NCBI GenBank assembly: GCA_021847575.1
Contig: JAJZQO010000002.1
Coordinates: forward strand, 22,829-86,828
From: Bacillota bacterium
GTDB lineage: Bacteria; Bacillota; Sulfobacillia; JAJZYS01; JAJYTV01
Direction of reading: 5' to 3'
DNA: 64,000 nt
The notes under the pieces are model-generated. The model was not told the DNA's origin. It saw only the letters and a list, made by a program, of their open reading frames with translations, and ran no database searches. Made by a program: the position numbers and the translations under genes. This document shows positions 1-12,160 of this stretch, one piece after another (within the stretch, counting starts at the first letter, position 1; each line of letters starts with the position of its first letter).

Positions 1-183
1 GGCCGCAAGGTCGTAGACACCGCGGTGGACATTCGCGTTGTCCTCGACGTAGTAGCGCCGCACAGCGTCCAGAACCACCTGCGGCTTCTGCGAGGTGGCT
101 GCGGAATCGACGTAGCACAGGCGCTTGCCGTTTTCGTATCGCCTGAGCAGTGGGAATTCCGAACGCAATGCGACGGGGTTCAT
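1..183 (-). CDS. sufS: Cysteine desulfurase SufS, N-terminal 61 codons only; the gene continues beyond the window start
   Basis: Reverse-complement translation of 1..183 gives MNPVALRSEFPLLRRYENGKRLCYVDSAATSQKPQVV..., a typical SufS/class-V aminotransferase N-terminus. Its ATG overlaps the sufD stop (ATGA). Confidence 0.8.
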   Translation of the reverse strand, partial: MNPVALRSEFPLLRRYENGKRLCYVDSAATSQKPQVVLDAVRRYYVEDNANVHRGVYDLAA

Positions 184-1361
184 AGCTCTACCTTCTCCAG
201 GAAGATGTCGGCAATCTGCTCCCTCACGTCCCGGAGCGGGATGTCCGCGAGCAGCGAGGCGAGGAATCCAGCCACGATGAGTCGCCGAGACTCGACGGGC
301 GTGATGCCGCGGGATTCCATGTAGTAGATCTGCATGGGGTCGACCGGGCCGGCGGAGGCGGCGTGACCCGCGCTGACCTCCCATTCGGAGATCTCAAGCT
401 CGGGAATGAGATCGGCACGCGCCTCCTCGGACAGCATCAGGGTGTGCTCGTGCTGCCAGCCGCTCGCGTTCTTCGCGTTCTTGCGAATAACACTATTCGC
501 GCTGTATATCGCCCGCGCCTTCCCTTGCAGCACTCCGCGCGCCTCGATGTCGCTCGTCGAATGGGCGCCTTCGTGCACCATGACATGGCTGAACTCGAAA
601 TGCTGCCGCCTACCGCCGAAGAAGCTCGCCAAAACGCGGGCTTCGGACCCCGCTCCGCGCAGATACGTGCGCGTGTCGGAGACGGCGAGTCGCGCGCCGA
701 CATCCGCCAGGATCCATTGCAGCCGCGCGTCGCGGCCCAGTTCGGCCCGGCGCGGCCAATAGGCCTGCACGCGGCCGGGCAGGCGCTGGAATTCCGTATA
801 GTTGAGTGCCGCTCCGTCGCCCAGGACGATCTCCACGGCGCCGCGAACCGCCGCCTCGCTGCCAGCTTCGCCCTGCAGCTCGACGATCAGGTCCGCCCTC
901 GCGCCTTCCTCCAGGACCACAAGCACATGTGGCGCGAAGAGGGAACCGCCCTGCAGCCCGATGCTTACCTGCAAGGGCGACGCGAGTTCTCTGCCGCGCT
1001 TCACGCGGCAAAGAACGCCGCCGGCGAACGTCGCGAGGTGCAACGCATGCAGGTGGTCCTGACCCTCGCTGAAGAGCCGTCCGAGATGCCGCTCGAGGTC
1101 CGCCGTCCCCTCCGCGATGGCCTGCGTCAGCTCCATGACCTCGGCGCCGTCATGCACGTCGCCGACCGTGACCGATGCGGTCTGAGGCAAGGCCGGCAGG
1201 GTAAATCCCGCCGCCTCCAGCGGTGTCTGCTTCCTGTGTGCCAAGGGCAGATCGTGAGCCGCGCCGAGCGCCCCAAGGCGTCGCTCCTGCAGCCAGGACG
1301 GCTCGTTCGCGGCGAAAGCCGCGATCTGCTCCGGGGTTAGGTCCACCAAGGTATGAGCCAT
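180..1361 (-). CDS. sufD: Fe-S cluster assembly protein SufD
   Basis: ORF 180..1415. The internal Met MAHTLVDLTPEQ... is preceded by GGAGG, and the C-terminal SufBD fold motifs are present. Lies directly downstream of sufC. Confidence 0.8.
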   Translation of the reverse strand: MAHTLVDLTPEQIAAFAANEPSWLQERRLGALGAAHDLPLAHRKQTPLEAAGFTLPALPQTASVTVGDVHDGAEVMELTQAIAEGTADLERHLGRLFSEGQDHLHALHLATFAGGVLCRVKRGRELASPLQVSIGLQGGSLFAPHVLVVLEEGARADLIVELQGEAGSEAAVRGAVEIVLGDGAALNYTEFQRLPGRVQAYWPRRAELGRDARLQWILADVGARLAVSDTRTYLRGAGSEARVLASFFGGRRQHFEFSHVMVHEGAHSTSDIEARGVLQGKARAIYSANSVIRKNAKNASGWQHEHTLMLSEEARADLIPELEISEWEVSAGHAASAGPVDPMQIYYMESRGITPVESRRLIVAGFLASLLADIPLRDVREQIADIFLEKVEL

Positions 1362-1363
1362 TC

Positions 1364-2146
<783 letters not shown>

Positions 2147-2172
2147 CAGAACGTCGCTCCCCTCGCCAGCTT

Positions 2173-3171
2173 CTAATCCCTACTGATACGCTCATCTTTC
2201 GCAGCAATCTTACACGTGACCTCTTGCTCTGTCAAACGGCCAGAAGACCACTGGACAGGGGTCGAAAGGTCTTCTCCAGCCGCGCGCGCCTCTTGCGGCA
2301 GACTGCCGACGCGGGCCAGGTAGACGCCGGTCAGGGAAAGCGCACCGCCCACCGCAACCCAGAGCGTGAGCGGCGCCTTGAGCAGCCAGCTTGCCGCCAG
2401 CGCGGCGATCACGGGCTCGGCGTTCAGGTACACGAGCACCCGGCTCGGCCCTAGTCTCCCCGTCGCACCCTGCCAGAACGTCAAGCCGAACACCGTCACC
2501 GGCAGTGCCGAGTAGAGCACGGCAAGTGCGCGCCAGCCGATCACGGCATGCTGCAGTCCGATGGCGCCGGCCGGCACGAGCAGAGCGAGCCCGAAGATGG
2601 ACTGCCAGGCCGTGACCGTGAGCGGCGGCAGGCGGCGCACCAGCGGCGCCGACATGATGCCGTAGATCGACCAGAGGATCGCTGCGCCCAGTGCGGCCGC
2701 GTCGCCGAGCAGCGCCGCTGGCGCCGCTGCGGCGTTGGCGGTGCGGCCGCCGAGAACGACGATCGCCGCGCCGACGGTGCCGAGCACGACGCCCAGCCAG
2801 TTGCCCGTGCGAAGCGGGTCCGAGCCTGTAAGATGGCCGAAGACCGCGGCGATGGCCGGCGAGAGGGTCATGAGCACGGCTGCGGAAGCTACATCCGTCC
2901 AGGCGATCGAGCTCGTGAAGAGATACTGGTAGGCCCCGATGCCAATAAAGCCGCTCAGCATCAGCGGCAGCACGTCGCCGCGCTTGATGCCCATCCCGCC
3001 CTGGCGGACCGCCAGGAGCCACAGCGCCGGGGCTGCGACCAGGAAGCGCACGGCGGTGAAGACCGTCGGCGGCAGGTCGCCGACTCCGATCTTCACCGCC
3101 AGGAAGTTGAGGCTCCAGATCAGGATCGTCAGCCAGAGGCCAGCTTCCTGCCAGAAGCCCCGCCGCACCAT
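2173..3171 (-). CDS. EamA/DMT-family (drug/metabolite) transporter
   Basis: 332-aa polytopic membrane protein with two EamA-like repeats of hydrophobic helices. Confidence 0.6.
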   Translation of the reverse strand: MVRRGFWQEAGLWLTILIWSLNFLAVKIGVGDLPPTVFTAVRFLVAAPALWLLAVRQGGMGIKRGDVLPLMLSGFIGIGAYQYLFTSSIAWTDVASAAVLMTLSPAIAAVFGHLTGSDPLRTGNWLGVVLGTVGAAIVVLGGRTANAAAAPAALLGDAAALGAAILWSIYGIMSAPLVRRLPPLTVTAWQSIFGLALLVPAGAIGLQHAVIGWRALAVLYSALPVTVFGLTFWQGATGRLGPSRVLVYLNAEPVIAALAASWLLKAPLTLWVAVGGALSLTGVYLARVGSLPQEARAAGEDLSTPVQWSSGRLTEQEVTCKIAAKDERISRD

Positions 3172-3174
3172 GCG

Positions 3175-4347
<1,173 letters not shown>

Positions 4348-4365
4348 GTCACTACTCCCTTCCGT

Positions 4366-5409
4366 CTATTCTGCCTGCGGCAGCATGACGACCTTGCCGC
4401 AATTGCCCTCGTGCAGGATGCGCATCGCCTCGTCGTAGCGGGTCATCGGCAGGCGGTGCGTCAGGAGCGGAGCGATGTCGAGCTTGCCGGTCGAGAGCAG
4501 GGAGCGCGTCTTGTACCACGTGTCGAACATGCGCCGACCCGTGATGCCCTGCAGCGTGAGCCCCCGCATGATGACCTGCTCGGAAAGCTCCATCGTCACA
4601 TCCTGCGACGGCAGGCCGAGCAGGGATACGCGGGCGCCCATGCGGCAGGCGCGGATCGCGTCGCGGATCGCGACGGGATGGCCGGACATCTCCAGCACCA
4701 CGTCGACGCCCTCGCCCCGCGTCCGCTCGCGCACAGCCTCGACGGTGTCGACCTGCGACGGGTCGAAGACGGCGTCCGCCCCCATCTTGAGGCCAAGGTC
4801 GCGCCGGTAGGGCGAGAGCTCGGTCGCCATGATCTGGTCGGCGCCAGCCGCCCTGGCGACACCGATGGCGAAGAGGCCGATCGACCCCAGCCCCGTGATG
4901 AGTACGGTCTTGCCCGTGATCTCGCCGGCGAAGACGGTGTGGACCGCGTTGCCGAGCGGCTCCTGCGCCGCCGCCACCTCGAACGGCATGTCGGGCGGGT
5001 TCTTCCAGAGGTTTGTCGCCGGCATGACCATGAACTGCGCGAACGAGCCGTCGTGGTCGATGCCCAGGATCTCGACGTTCTCGCAGATATGCCCCTGACC
5101 CGTGCGGCACGAGTGGCAGTGGCCGCAGGTCACGTGCGTCTCGACCGACACGTGGTCACCGACCGCGAAGCCGCGCACCCCCGGCCCCACCTCGACGATC
5201 ACGCCGCCCGTCTCATGTCCCATGATGCGCGGCGGGTGCACCCGCGCCGCCGCCCACTCGTCCCAACTGTACACGTGGTAGTCGGTGCCGCAGATCGAGG
5301 CGGCCCGCACCTCGATCAGGGCCTCGCCGGGCCCGGGCTGGGGAACCGGAACCTTGTGAAGCTCTGCCCCAGGCTCCGCCTTGGTCTTCACCACTGCCCG
5401 CATGTCCAC
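4366..5409 (-). CDS. tdh: L-threonine 3-dehydrogenase
   Basis: 347-aa Zn-dependent MDR. GHETGGV and C..H...C zinc ligands. Forms a tdh-kbl operon. Confidence 0.8.
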   Translation of the reverse strand: MDMRAVVKTKAEPGAELHKVPVPQPGPGEALIEVRAASICGTDYHVYSWDEWAAARVHPPRIMGHETGGVIVEVGPGVRGFAVGDHVSVETHVTCGHCHSCRTGQGHICENVEILGIDHDGSFAQFMVMPATNLWKNPPDMPFEVAAAQEPLGNAVHTVFAGEITGKTVLITGLGSIGLFAIGVARAAGADQIMATELSPYRRDLGLKMGADAVFDPSQVDTVEAVRERTRGEGVDVVLEMSGHPVAIRDAIRACRMGARVSLLGLPSQDVTMELSEQVIMRGLTLQGITGRRMFDTWYKTRSLLSTGKLDIAPLLTHRLPMTRYDEAMRILHEGNCGKVVMLPQAE

Positions 5410-5442
5410 CGCGCTGCGCCTCCCGCAATCTCTGATGCCGCC

Positions 5443-6222
5443 TCACCCTTTGGCGAGGTACCGGCGAAGGTTCCCGGGATCGAGCCTCATGCCCACGAAA
5501 AAGGAACCGAAGAGCGCATAGATGGCGCTCACCTCGTCGAACCGCATCTCGTAGATGATCTTCTTGAATTGCAGCGGATCGTCCGAAAACAGGTCGACGC
5601 CCCACTCCCAGTCGTCGAGACCCATCGAGCCCGTGATGATCTGCCGCACACGATCGGCGTAGCCGCGGCCGATCATGCCGTGGCTGCGCATGAGGTCCCT
5701 GCGCTCCATGGCGTCGAGCATGTACCAGTTGCGCTGCTCGCCGCGCAGCTTGCTCATCGGGTAGAAGCAGATGTAGCCAGTGCGGGGAAGTTCCGGCTCG
5801 AGACGCCCGCGCAAGGCTGCCTCGGCCTCGCGCGACGCCTCCTCGCTGCGCGGCGCCGACGTGTGCGTCGACAGTTCCACGACAGAGAGGAATGAATACG
5901 CGGGCGCGAGAAAGCGTCCAAGACCGCTGCGCGCCCAGGCGTTCTCGATCGCGGCGAGACCTTCGAGGCTCGGCCTGAAGTGCACGCCCATGAGATCCGC
6001 CTTGTGGCCGAGCAGCCAGTAGTGGCCGCTTGATCCGGAATGGTCGGCTTCCTTCGCCTGTTCCCCCGCCATCAGTGCGTCCGCCTCGGCCAGCAGAGCG
6101 TCGCGCTCGCTGTCGGCCAATGCCTGCCAGAGCGGCCAGTCGACGCGGTAGAGACTGTGCAGGCAGAACCAGCCGTCAAGTGTCTGCGGTGCGTTGGCCA
6201 CCTTGAACTTCACCCCGTTCAT
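5443..6222 (-). CDS. hemQ: Coproheme decarboxylase HemQ (chlorite-dismutase family)
   Basis: Within ORF 5443..6726 the internal start gives MNGVKFKVANAPQTLDGWFCLHSLYRVDW..., a typical HemQ N-terminus of 259 aa. The long upstream extension is an out-of-context frame. Confidence 0.75.
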   Translation of the reverse strand: MNGVKFKVANAPQTLDGWFCLHSLYRVDWPLWQALADSERDALLAEADALMAGEQAKEADHSGSSGHYWLLGHKADLMGVHFRPSLEGLAAIENAWARSGLGRFLAPAYSFLSVVELSTHTSAPRSEEASREAEAALRGRLEPELPRTGYICFYPMSKLRGEQRNWYMLDAMERRDLMRSHGMIGRGYADRVRQIITGSMGLDDWEWGVDLFSDDPLQFKKIIYEMRFDEVSAIYALFGSFFVGMRLDPGNLRRYLAKG

Positions 6223-6349
6223 TGTACATCTCGCTGCAAGCCGCACAGCATGCGAAAAGCCCCTGATCGCGGCCGATCGGGCACCCAGGCAGCTACAGCC
6301 GCCTCGCTGGGAGGCCCTTGCAGCGCAATGGAAAGGAAGGTTGCGCGAG

Positions 6350-6960
6350 GCCATCCTGGTGATCGGCGGTTCCGGTCTGATCGGCCCCCAACTGGTGCCG
6401 AACCTGCTGGCCGCAGGCGATGACGTCGTGTGCTCTCGCGCGGCAACCGCGCGGTGGATGTTCCGGGCGTAGAGCATGTGCTGGCCGACCGCGGCGCGGT
6501 TCGAAGCGCTGCCAGGGGCACATTCGATTGGGTGATCGACAACGTCGCCTGCATGCCCGCGGACGCAGACATGATCCTCGATGCGCTCGACGGCGGCTCG
6601 GACATTATGTGCAGAGAGGCACCGCGTTCGTCCACCCCAGCGTTCTGCATGCGGACGAAGGCCCTTCCGCGCCGCTGCGCGAGCAGACGCGCCGCCCGGG
6701 TCCTTGCCGAAAAACGACGATGACATGCCCCCGCACGCCCTACCGGCTGCCGCTGACCTTCCGTGTCGCCATCGATGTCTCGGCCGCCACGGACGGGCAG
6801 TTCACGTGGGCACCGATGGGCGAGTGGATGGCGAGGACGGGCGAATGGGCGAGCAGGTACTACGCAGGGCACGGCGAGGCCGTCTCTGCGGTTGTGAAGG
6901 GCCCTGACAGGCGGCTCGAGGATGTCCGCGAGCGTGCGGACATCCTCGGGCCGCACCCCG
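6350..6960 (+). pseudogene. Degraded NAD-dependent epimerase of the SDR39U1/YfcH type (DUF1731 C-terminal domain); multiple frameshifts and an internal deletion
   Basis: Three different + frames carry consecutive pieces: ILVIGGSGLIGPQLVPNLLAAGDDVV (Rossmann), RGTFDWVIDNVA / FVHPSVLHADEGPS, and PYRLPLTFRVAIDVSAATDGQFTWAPMGEWM (DUF1731-like). There is no intact start codon. Confidence 0.55.
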
Positions 6961-7099
6961 ACTGCGTCAAGCGAGCACCGGTACGAGCCGGTGTCCAGGC
7001 GGCGTGCAGAACCTGCACGCCGCGCCGCTGCGCCGGATCACGAGCTTTCGGTAGGCGCCTGCCCCAGGCAGGCCTTTCTCCCAGGGGCCGCGATGCCGT

Positions 7100-7801
7100 T
7101 CAGGCCAGGGCGTCCGCCCAGATCGCGCCAAGCTGGCCGATGTCGCCGAAGCGCAGCCTGGCCGTCGGCTCGGGTCTGCCGCGCGGCGGCTGCACGAGAT
7201 GCACCGCCATCCCCGCATCGAGGGCGGGCATGTCCTGGTCCTCGTCATCTCCTACCATCAGGCATTCCTCGGCCGACGCCCCCACGGCGTCCGCCATCTC
7301 GAGGAAGTAGCTGCGATGGGGCTTGGCGCTGCGATTCGCCTCGAGACAGGCGACGTGGTCGACCCAGTCGGTGCGCACGCCCGCCCAGCGCAGCCGCTCG
7401 AGCATCACATCGCGCGGGTAGATCGGCATCGTGGCCACGACCACCTTCAGGCCGCGCTCGTGGATCTCCCGCACGACCTGCGCCGCGCCGGTGATCGGCT
7501 TCGCCATCTCCCGGAGGCCCGGCAGGATCTCCTTGGACAGTTGGTGGATGGAACGCCAGAGATCAGCGGGAGAGCGGTCGAGCGCATCGCTCAGCTTGCG
7601 CAGGAGACAGACCTGGTTCGAGTCCTCGTTCACCTCTGGCGCCAGCATCGCGTACGTGGAGCCGGCCAGCACGGCGAGTCCCCGCTCCTGGTCCTCGGGC
7701 ACGAGCTTCGCAGCGAGGGACCTGGTGTACGTCTCGATGAAGTTGTCGACGTCGATGTCGAGCAGGGTTCCGTCAAGGTCGAAGAGCACGGCGCGAATCA
7801 T
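7100..7801 (-). CDS. HAD-superfamily hydrolase
   Basis: 233 aa. Motif I FDLDGTLLD near the N-terminus and motif IV VGDDEDQD. Confidence 0.75.
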   Translation of the reverse strand: MIRAVLFDLDGTLLDIDVDNFIETYTRSLAAKLVPEDQERGLAVLAGSTYAMLAPEVNEDSNQVCLLRKLSDALDRSPADLWRSIHQLSKEILPGLREMAKPITGAAQVVREIHERGLKVVVATMPIYPRDVMLERLRWAGVRTDWVDHVACLEANRSAKPHRSYFLEMADAVGASAEECLMVGDDEDQDMPALDAGMAVHLVQPPRGRPEPTARLRFGDIGQLGAIWADALA

Positions 7802-7843
7802 GCGAAACCTCCTTGCAAATGGCTTTTGCGGGTTTGGACCGGA

Positions 7844-9340
7844 TCAGAAGTACTGCATCGGCTGGTCGTTGAGGTCGGCGATCACGGTCTTTGTCTCGAG
7901 AAACGCATCGACGCCCTCGACCCCGAGGTCCCGTCCGTAGCCGCTATGCTTGAAGCCGCCGAACGGCGCGGTGGGGGTCAACACCTGGTAGGCGTTCAGC
8001 CATACCGTGCCTGCCTCGAGCTCCTGCGAGACGCGCAGGGCCCGGCGCAGGTCCTGGGTCCAGACGGCGGCCGCAAGGCCATACATCGTGCCGTTGGCGA
8101 TGCGGACCGCCTCCTCGTCGCTGTCGAACGGGATGATCGCCGCCACGGGGCCGAAGATCTCCTCCTGCGCGATGTCCGAGCCGGGATCGACATCCCTGAA
8201 CACGGTGGGCGAAAAGAAGTAGCCGCCCCTACTGCGCTCGCCACGGCCGCCGAGGACGGTGCGGCCGCCGAGGTCGACGGCCCTGCCCACGTAACCCGAG
8301 ACGCGCTCGAACTGCGCTGCGCTGACGAGCGGGCCGAGGTCTGTCATGGCGTCCTCCGCTTCGCCCACGACGAGATCGCCCGCGCGCTCTGCCACCGCCT
8401 CGACGAACCGGTCGTAAAGGGGCCGCTGCACCAGGATGCGGCTGCCCGCCTGACAGACCTGGCCGGAATTGAAGAAAATGCCGAAGAGCGCCCCCGAAAC
8501 CGCGTCGTCGAGGTTCGCGTCGGCGAAGACGATGTTGGGGGACTTGCCGCCCAGTTCGAGCGACACGCGCTTGAGGCCCTCGGCGGCCGCGGCCGCCACG
8601 ATCCGACCCGTCTCTGTGCTGCCCGTCAGGGCGATCTTCGCGACCTGCGGGTGGCGCACGAGCGCCGCCCCGACCGTATCGCCGCCCGGCAGAACCGAGA
8701 GCACCCCCTCCGGCAGGCCGGCTTCGCGCGCCGCGTCGGCAAGGGCGAGCGCCACGAGCGGCGTCTCGGGCGCCGGCTTGAGTACCGCAACCGCACCCGC
8801 CGCGAGGCAGGCGGCCACCTTCCATGCCGGCATGAGCAGGGGGAAGTTCCAAGGTGTGATCAGTCCGGCAACCCCGACCGGCTGCTTCTGCGTCCAGGTC
8901 ATATAGCGCGTCGTGGCTCCCTGCAGGCTGAAGGGCAGCGTCCGGCCGTGCACGAGGGTACCGGCCGCCGCGAAGAAGTCGAAGGCGTCGGCCGCCATGG
9001 GGATTTCGATGAAGCGGGCCGCCGAGAGCGGCATGCCGCTCTCGCGCGCCACGAGGCGGGCGAGTTCGATCGTCCGCTCGCGCAGCCGCGTCGCCACCTG
9101 TCCAAGAATGCGCTGACGCTCGAGCACGGGCAGGTTGCGCCAGACACCTTCCGTGTGGGCTCGGTGCGCAACCGCGACAGCGGCCTCGACATCGGCCGGG
9201 CCGCTCGCGGCCACTTCCGCGAACGGCTCCCCCGTCGAGGGGTTCACATCGGCCGATACCTCGCCGCTCAGCGCAGCCCGCCGACCACCCCCGATCGAGA
9301 GCCGACCGTCGAGAAGGTCCCCTGCGATCTCGACGCTCAA
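7844..9340 (-). CDS. NAD(P)-dependent aldehyde dehydrogenase
   Basis: 498 aa. ALDH glutamate motif LELGGKSP and the catalytic Cys region FFNSGQVCQAGSR. Confidence 0.85.
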   Translation of the reverse strand: MSVEIAGDLLDGRLSIGGGRRAALSGEVSADVNPSTGEPFAEVAASGPADVEAAVAVAHRAHTEGVWRNLPVLERQRILGQVATRLRERTIELARLVARESGMPLSAARFIEIPMAADAFDFFAAAGTLVHGRTLPFSLQGATTRYMTWTQKQPVGVAGLITPWNFPLLMPAWKVAACLAAGAVAVLKPAPETPLVALALADAAREAGLPEGVLSVLPGGDTVGAALVRHPQVAKIALTGSTETGRIVAAAAAEGLKRVSLELGGKSPNIVFADANLDDAVSGALFGIFFNSGQVCQAGSRILVQRPLYDRFVEAVAERAGDLVVGEAEDAMTDLGPLVSAAQFERVSGYVGRAVDLGGRTVLGGRGERSRGGYFFSPTVFRDVDPGSDIAQEEIFGPVAAIIPFDSDEEAVRIANGTMYGLAAAVWTQDLRRALRVSQELEAGTVWLNAYQVLTPTAPFGGFKHSGYGRDLGVEGVDAFLETKTVIADLNDQPMQYF

Positions 9341-9765
9341 GGCATCACCAGATCCTCTCGGCCGAGACTGCGCACGTGGTCCGGGTAGAGCGGATAGATC
9401 TCGTCAAGGCTTGGCAGAAGCTTCATGGCCCGCGACAAGGGTCCCGTCGCACGGATCTGCTGGCGCGATAGCGCCTGGGCCAGGTCGAGCTGGCCCTGCC
9501 AGAAGCGGTTCGCGAGGTCGGCCGCCTGGTCGAAGATCAGCGTGGCGGGCGGCTGTTCCGGTCCCATAATGACGTGGAAGTCCCTGCCGGTCAGCGCGGG
9601 GTCTTCGGGCACCCAGCTGACGAATGCCTCGGGATCGTGGAACTGGAAGCGCACCGTGCCCCCCACCTTATGGATCAGGGTGGCCTGCGGCAGAGGGATG
9701 AGCGATTCGAAGAAACTGCCGAGCACGCGGTAGACTTCATCGGTGTCCTCGAAGTAGACGCCCAA
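9337..9765 (-). CDS. SCP2 sterol-carrier-like small protein
   Basis: 142-aa soluble protein with an SCP2-like C-terminal pattern. Overlaps the aldh start by 4 nt and sits between adh and aldh. Confidence 0.45.
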   Translation of the reverse strand: MGVYFEDTDEVYRVLGSFFESLIPLPQATLIHKVGGTVRFQFHDPEAFVSWVPEDPALTGRDFHVIMGPEQPPATLIFDQAADLANRFWQGQLDLAQALSRQQIRATGPLSRAMKLLPSLDEIYPLYPDHVRSLGREDLVMP

Positions 9766-9783
9766 AGCGAGCCCCTCCTCTAT

Positions 9784-10902
9784 TCAGCGGTCGTCCGACA
9801 AACGCAGCAGGGGCCTGCCCGCGCGGCCGTGACGCATGGCGTCGAACGCCTCGTTGATCTGGTCGAGCCGGAACGTCGGACCGGCCAGGGCGGCGAGGTC
9901 GAACGTGCCCTGACGGTAGGCGGCAAAGAGTTGCGGCGCGTCGTCGGCCAAAACCCCGCCGCCGTACCACGTGCCGGTCAAGGTCTTCTGCTGCGAGGGA
10001 AAGGTGAAGGCGTTCAGCGAGACGTCAAGGTGGGGCGGACTCACGCCGACCACAACCGCCGTCCCGCCGGGCCTCAGCGCATTGAACGCCTGGGCGATCG
10101 TCTCCGGCGTGCCTACCACCTCGAACGCCTGGTCGACGCCGTAGCCGCCGGTGAGGTCGAGGATGGCCTGCAGGGCGTCATTTGTCCCCGCCAGCACCAC
10201 GTCGGTCGCGCCGTGCCGCGTCGCTTCCTCGAGCCGCTCGGGCGAGCGGTCCACGGCGATGATCCGGCCCGCACCGCGCATGCGCGCCGCCATCACCACG
10301 CTCTGGCCGACGCCGCCTGCGCCGATGACCGCCACCTCGGCGCCTTCTGGCATCCTCGCCGCGTGCGCCACGGCGCCGTAACCGGTGGTGGCGCTGCAGC
10401 CGATCAGGGCTGCAAGCTCCAGCGGGATCTCGTCAGGCACCGGCACGATCCCCGCCGCGGGCACAAGCGCGTACTCCGCGAAGGCGCCGACGAGGCTCAT
10501 GACGTGGAGCCGCTCACCCTTGTGCTGGACGCCAGTCCTGCCGCGCCAGAGCGTCCCCTTCTCAGCCGCCTTCTTGGTGGTTTCGCACATGCCTGTCCAG
10601 CCACGGTTGCAAGGCACGCAGTCATTGCACTCCGGCAGCCAGGATAGAACGACACGGTCGCCGACCGCGACGCCCCGCACCCCCTCCCCGACCGCCGCAA
10701 CGACGCCGCTGCCCTCGTGCCCGAGGACCATCGGCACGGGCAGAGGGAGGTCACCGGTGATCACATGCTCATCCGTGTGGCAGATCCCCGCGACGGCGAT
10801 GCGCACCAGCACCTCGCCCGGCCCAGGGTCGTCCACATCCACTTCCTCTACGCGCAGGGGCTCCTCGTAATCCCAGAGCACGGCCGCCAAGGCCTTAGGC
10901 AC
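9784..10902 (-). CDS. Zn-dependent alcohol dehydrogenase (MDR family)
   Basis: 372 aa. GHEGSGVV, a structural-zinc Cys cluster C..C..C.......C, and a GAGGVG Rossmann. Confidence 0.85.
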   Translation of the reverse strand: MPKALAAVLWDYEEPLRVEEVDVDDPGPGEVLVRIAVAGICHTDEHVITGDLPLPVPMVLGHEGSGVVAAVGEGVRGVAVGDRVVLSWLPECNDCVPCNRGWTGMCETTKKAAEKGTLWRGRTGVQHKGERLHVMSLVGAFAEYALVPAAGIVPVPDEIPLELAALIGCSATTGYGAVAHAARMPEGAEVAVIGAGGVGQSVVMAARMRGAGRIIAVDRSPERLEEATRHGATDVVLAGTNDALQAILDLTGGYGVDQAFEVVGTPETIAQAFNALRPGGTAVVVGVSPPHLDVSLNAFTFPSQQKTLTGTWYGGGVLADDAPQLFAAYRQGTFDLAALAGPTFRLDQINEAFDAMRHGRAGRPLLRLSDDR

Positions 10903-10952
10903 CTCAATGCACTTCCTTCAGTGTCTGCATGGCCCGCGGACGGCGGCGCAGG

Positions 10953-12098
10953 TCAGGACATCGGTACGCGGGAGATGATCCGCCCGTCCACCCGCTCCAT
11001 GATGTCGTCCAGCGTACGGCCCGTGATGGTTAGCCCGTGGTTCTTCAGCCCGACGACGGCCCGCGACGGGTCGTCAGCCTCGCGCACCGCCTGCGCGACC
11101 GCCTCGGCGAGTTCGATCGTGCCGCAGGGGTAGTTGATCTCCGTGGAACGCACACCGTCCATCCAGGCGTGGACATGGATGATCGCCCCGACCTGGGGAT
11201 GCTCGCGATAGATGATGTGGTGCTCGATGGCATCGACCGAGACCCGATGCCCCTTCATCCAGGGCGCCTGGGAGAGCCGCATCGCACGGAGCTCCGGGTC
11301 GAAGTCCTTGACCATCTGCACGTCCTTGCCAACCTCGCGCAGGTTGGACTTGTCCACGCCGCTCGCGGACATCCAGAAGCGGCGGCGATCGTGCCGCCGG
11401 CTCAGATTGCCGTAGGAGAGGCCGCCCAGCTGAAAGAGGCGCTGCACATGGCGGTATTCGTCCGCCGGCAGGATCTCCTCGATCGGGAAGGGCGTGGGCA
11501 GCACGCCCCAGTTGTCCAGGGCACGCCCGGCGCGGAAGAGTTCGTCAAGCGCGCCGCCGCCGCTCCAGAGATCCTCCTCGAGGTCTGGGTCAAAGACGTT
11601 GTCGACGATCAGGTGGGACTCGGCGAGCGGCGTCAGCCTACCAACGAGCTCCTGCAAGTGCTGCTCGGACTGGTACGGCGCACGCGTCTCGTAGTAGCCG
11701 CGTTCCAGGGTGACGAAATACGTCTTGGGGTCCCGCTCGTCACCGACCACCGCGATGAGCAGATTTCCGAGCGAGCGGATCATCCAGGCATAGGCGCCGC
11801 GCAGGATGTCATCTGGCGGTTCCGGCAGGCGCAGCAGGGCAACGACATAGGTGGCCTGGGCACGCCTCCTGAATGGACGCGGCCGCTCCGAATCGACGAA
11901 GGTGAGGATCAGCTTTGCGTCTTCGGGCGGCGACTGCGCATGCCCGGCCTGCTCAAGCGCCCGCGCCAGCCTGTCGGCAAATGCCTGCATGCAGAGGTCA
12001 GCCGGCGAACCATGGAAAGCGAAATCCACCGAGAAATCCCCCTTCCAGCGCATCCCCGGGTTTGAGCCCCCGCGCGAACCGCGGCCCGGCAATGCCAT
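10953..12098 (-). CDS. Two-domain protein: N-terminal ~200 aa of unknown function fused to a C-terminal class II aldolase/adducin-like domain
   Basis: C-terminal half: ...HHIIYREHPQVGAIIHVHAWMDG...NHGLTITGRTLDDIMERV, matching the class II aldolase metal-binding His pattern. N-terminal half has no recognisable family. RBS AGGTGGG lies 8 nt upstream of the ATG. Confidence 0.5.
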   Translation of the reverse strand: MALPGRGSRGGSNPGMRWKGDFSVDFAFHGSPADLCMQAFADRLARALEQAGHAQSPPEDAKLILTFVDSERPRPFRRRAQATYVVALLRLPEPPDDILRGAYAWMIRSLGNLLIAVVGDERDPKTYFVTLERGYYETRAPYQSEQHLQELVGRLTPLAESHLIVDNVFDPDLEEDLWSGGGALDELFRAGRALDNWGVLPTPFPIEEILPADEYRHVQRLFQLGGLSYGNLSRRHDRRRFWMSASGVDKSNLREVGKDVQMVKDFDPELRAMRLSQAPWMKGHRVSVDAIEHHIIYREHPQVGAIIHVHAWMDGVRSTEINYPCGTIELAEAVAQAVREADDPSRAVVGLKNHGLTITGRTLDDIMERVDGRIISRVPMS

Positions 12099-12129
12099 GG
12101 CAGACGCCCACCTGCTGAAGCAACCTAAC

Positions 12130-12160
12130 AGGTGAACCTCCGCGCACAGCGATTCACCTA
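12130..12160. promoter_or_regulatory. Inverted repeat AGGTGAA-N17-TTCACCT, a candidate operator
   Basis: Perfect 7-bp arms at 12130..12136 and 12154..12160, in the 5' region of the aldolase-fusion/adh/aldh gene cluster. Confidence 0.3.
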
